Assembly: GCA_963707555.1 (NCBI GenBank)
Contig: CAVPQM010000002.1
Location: 28,690 to 92,689, forward strand
Direction: 5' to 3'
Length of the DNA: 64,000 bases
Origin: an uncultured Actinomycetota bacterium
Lineage (GTDB): Bacteria > Actinomycetota > Acidimicrobiia > Acidimicrobiales > Microtrichaceae
Shown here in pieces: positions 61,613 through 64,000 of the stretch (its first letter is position 1; each line of letters opens with the position of its first letter). The notes beneath the pieces were generated by a model. It made no database searches and was not told where the DNA came from. It was given only the letters and a program-made list of their open reading frames with translations. The translations under genes were made by a program, and so were the position numbers.

Positions 61613-62276
61613 CCGTGCTTGAGCAGTTCCTCTGCCATGACCCAGCCGCAGGTCACGAGGCAGTCACCACGCTCCGGGTCGAGGTGATCGAACTGCGCCG
61701 CGACCGCAGCCGGGATGGCCTCGGGCTTGAGCGACTCGTGGTCGAGCACCAGCGGCGGCGAGCCGTCGCCGACGATCGTGAAGGTCTGGTCGTCGTAGCG
61801 CTCGGCGTCGATGCCGAACCGCTTGACCAGGCGACGACCCCAGGCCCGCTCCTCGCCCGAGGCCTTGTGGTCCGGGCGGGGCACGATGTCGGAGAGCAGC
61901 TTGAAGGCCTCGAAGGCGCCGGCGTCGCTCATGCGGGTGCCGACCAGCACGTCCTCGTCGGGGAAGGCCAGGAGCGCCCGGCGGAAGTTGTCGGCGATGA
62001 TGGCCCGGAGCACGGGGTCACGCTTCGAGGTGCGCTTGACGGCTGCGACGCCGAGCAGGATGCACGGCGTGCCGCCGATGCGCTCGAGGGTGGAGAACGA
62101 GAAGCCCTCAGGTGGTTGCCTTCGCGGACGAGCGTGACGAGCACCCACTCCTCGACCTGCTTCGAGAGCATGCCGACCTCGTAGCAGTTGCCACCGTCAG
62201 CGCAGATGTCGGCCATCTCGGCCAGCTCCGCGTCGCTGAGGGCAGTGCAGTCCTTGGTCTCGACGTCGATCGCCAT
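61609..62276 (-). CDS. Hypothetical protein, translationally coupled to the nitroreductase (1 apparent frameshift near 62105)
   Basis: Piece 61929..62276 (MAIDVETKDCTALSDAELAEMADICADGGNCYEVGMLSKQVEEWVLVTLVREGN) joins 61609..62148. No family is recognised with confidence. Confidence 0.45.
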
Positions 62277-62400
62277 GCACAGCTCCCCTGGAAAATAGGC
62301 ACAAACAGGCTCCTACAGTTCAGTCGACAACGGGCACCGGTGCAACTCGCGGCCCGCCGTTCACAGGTTGCGTGGTCCGTGCGCGACGCGTGTCAGGAGC

Positions 62401-64000
62401 TCAGACGACGACAGCCTCGTGCCCGAGCAGCACCCGGAGCTCGCCGACCAGGCCGCTGCGGACGCTCACGGTGAACTGGTCGGGCAGGCGCAGCACCTGG
62501 CGCGTCGCCGAGCAGGATGTAGCACCTCGGACTCGCCGGGGAAGTCGATGAGCAGCTCCTTGAGCCGGTCGACCGTCGCGTCGCTGAGCCGTGCCGCGGG
62601 CGAGGTTGCAGCCGCAGCGGCGGCGTCGCCGTCGGCCATGGGCTCGAAGAGCTCGATGTCGGTCGCGATCAGCTTCGGCGTGTCGTCGCGCTTGTCGACC
62701 CGGCCCTCGACGATGACCACCGCGTCGTCGGCGAGCAGGTGGCCGATCTCGGCCATCGTCTTCGGGAACACCATGACCTCGATCGACGCCCTGCAGGTCC
62801 TCCAGGGTGAAGACGGCCATGAGGTCGCCCTTCTTGGTCCACTTGCGCTGCAGGCCGGTGACGACGCCGCCGACCGTGCGCACGGGCGCCGTCCTCGACC
62901 TCGGCCAGCTCGGCGATGGTGCAGTCGGTCTTGCGCGCGCAGCGCCGCCTCGGCGCCCATGCAGCGGGTGGTCGCGACACGTAGAGGCCGAGCATCTCCT
63001 TCTCGAACGCGAGCCGCTGCTTCTTGTCGAACTCGAGGTCGGGGATGCGGCGTGCGCTCGTCGAAGGCCGGGCGCGTCGTCGGCGGCATCGCCGAACAGC
63101 GACATGACGCCCATGTCGCGCTCCTTGCGGCGCCGGGCCACCGTCTGGTCGACGATCTGCTCGAAGACGGCGAGCAGGCCCTGGCGGGGATGGCCGAGCG
63201 AGTCGAAGCCACCGGCCTTGATGAGCGACTCGATCGTCCGCTTGTTGAGCACCTCGGTGTCGACCCGCTCGCAGAAGTCGTAGAAGTCGACGAACGGGCC
63301 GTTCGCGTCGCGCTCGGTCGACGATGTGCTCGACCAGGCCCTCGCCCACGTTGCGCACCGCGGACAGGCCGAACGGGATCGCAGCCTCGGTGCCGTCCGT
63401 CGAGCGCGTGGCCGGCACGAAGTCCGACTGCCGAGCGGTTGACGTCGGGCACCAGCGACCTCGATGCCCATCGTGCCGGCACTCGGCCAGGTAGACCGCC
63501 GCCTTGTCCAGGTTGGTCTTCACGCTGGTGAGCAGCGCGGCGAGGTACTCGACCGGGTAGTTCGCCTTGAGGTAGGCGGTCTGGTAGGCGACGAGCCCGT
63601 AGCCGTAGGCGTGGCTCTTGTTGAAGGCGTAGTCGGCGAACGGCTCGATGATGTCGAACAGGTCGGTGCCGAGCGTCCGCGCCGTAGCCCGGTGCGCCTC
63701 GCAGCCGTCGACGAACTTCTCCCGCTCCTTGGCCATGAGCTCCCGGTTCTTCTTGCCGCAGGCCTTGCGGAGGTTGTCGGCCTCGGCCAGGGAGTAGCCG
63801 GCGAACTTCTGGGCGACCCGCATCATGGACTCCTGGTAGATCATCAGCCCGTAGGTGTCGCCGAGGACCTCCTCGGCGTCGGGGTGGAGGTAGTCGACCG
63901 GCTTGCGGCCGTTCTTGCGGTCGGCGTAGTCGTTGTGCATGTTCGCCGCCATCGGGCCCGGGCCGGTACAGGGCGACGAGGGCGGCGACGTCCTCGAAGC
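62401..64000 (-). CDS. dnaE: DNA polymerase III alpha subunit, C-terminal third (runs off the window end; more than 10 apparent frameshifts)
   Basis: Pieces in all three minus frames: MIYQESMMRVAQKFAGYSLAEADNLRKACGKK, FNKSHAYGYGLVAYQTAYLKANYPVEYLAALL, MGIEV/LVPDVNRS, FGLSAVRNVGEG, FVDFYDFCERVD ... LNKRTIESLIKAGGFDSLG, FEKEMLGLYVS, OB-fold VGGVVTGLQRKWTKKGDLMAVFTLEDLQGSIEVMVFPK. The stop is at 62401. Confidence 0.88.

Noticed and set aside
62401-64000. Programmed ribosomal frameshifting in dnaE or polA.
   Set aside because: There are too many shifts, in both directions, with no slippery heptamer or downstream structure pattern. Programmed frameshifting is known for dnaX, not for dnaE or polA.

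Overview
64-kb window of a high-GC (roughly 70% by eye) Actinomycetota chromosome. The phylum call rests on pdtaR-polA-rpsA synteny as in mycobacteria, mycothiol-type PIG-L and GNAT genes, and an F420-type LLM oxidoreductase. Content is mostly core. It holds the end of a Flp/Tad pilus locus, rpsA, polA, pdtaR, malQ, tRNA-Leu(CAA), bcp and hup. A ~20-kb minus-strand his-trp supercluster follows: trpA-B-F-C, trpE, hisI, hisF-A-H-B, hisC-D. After it come nth, rlmN, a menaquinone cluster (menG, menF, menD, menH, menA, menE), an ECF sigma/anti-sigma pair, a GlxA/DJ-1 pair, a DUF222-HNH endonuclease, a DUF255 thioredoxin-domain protein, an MMPL transporter, a nitroreductase and the 3' end of dnaE. 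The only clearly accessory DNA is a ~3.5-kb insert between hisC and hisB. It carries an SDR gene, a 580-nt structured non-coding stretch, a vapBC toxin-antitoxin pair and an IS110-family element. Main caveat: I count roughly 55-60 apparent single-base indels that break conserved and essential genes, and they fall in blocks, so I read them as assembly errors, not pseudogenes. Frameshifted genes are therefore reported as single CDS spanning their ORF-track pieces, with approximate junctions. I found no rRNA, CRISPR array, integrase or recognisable multi-gene defence system. The most unusual signal is non-coding: a family of ~55-nt long-palindrome intergenic repeats with conserved inverted termini and a variable centre. 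At least six copies are present, one as a 60-bp tandem pair, one abutting the tRNA, and two bracketing an orphan membrane-protein gene. Other points of interest are a candidate bridge-RNA region upstream of the IS110 transposase, an SD-sequestering hairpin, a triple 16-bp palindrome cluster and several short tandem duplications. All product calls come from motif and family recognition by eye; no database search was possible.
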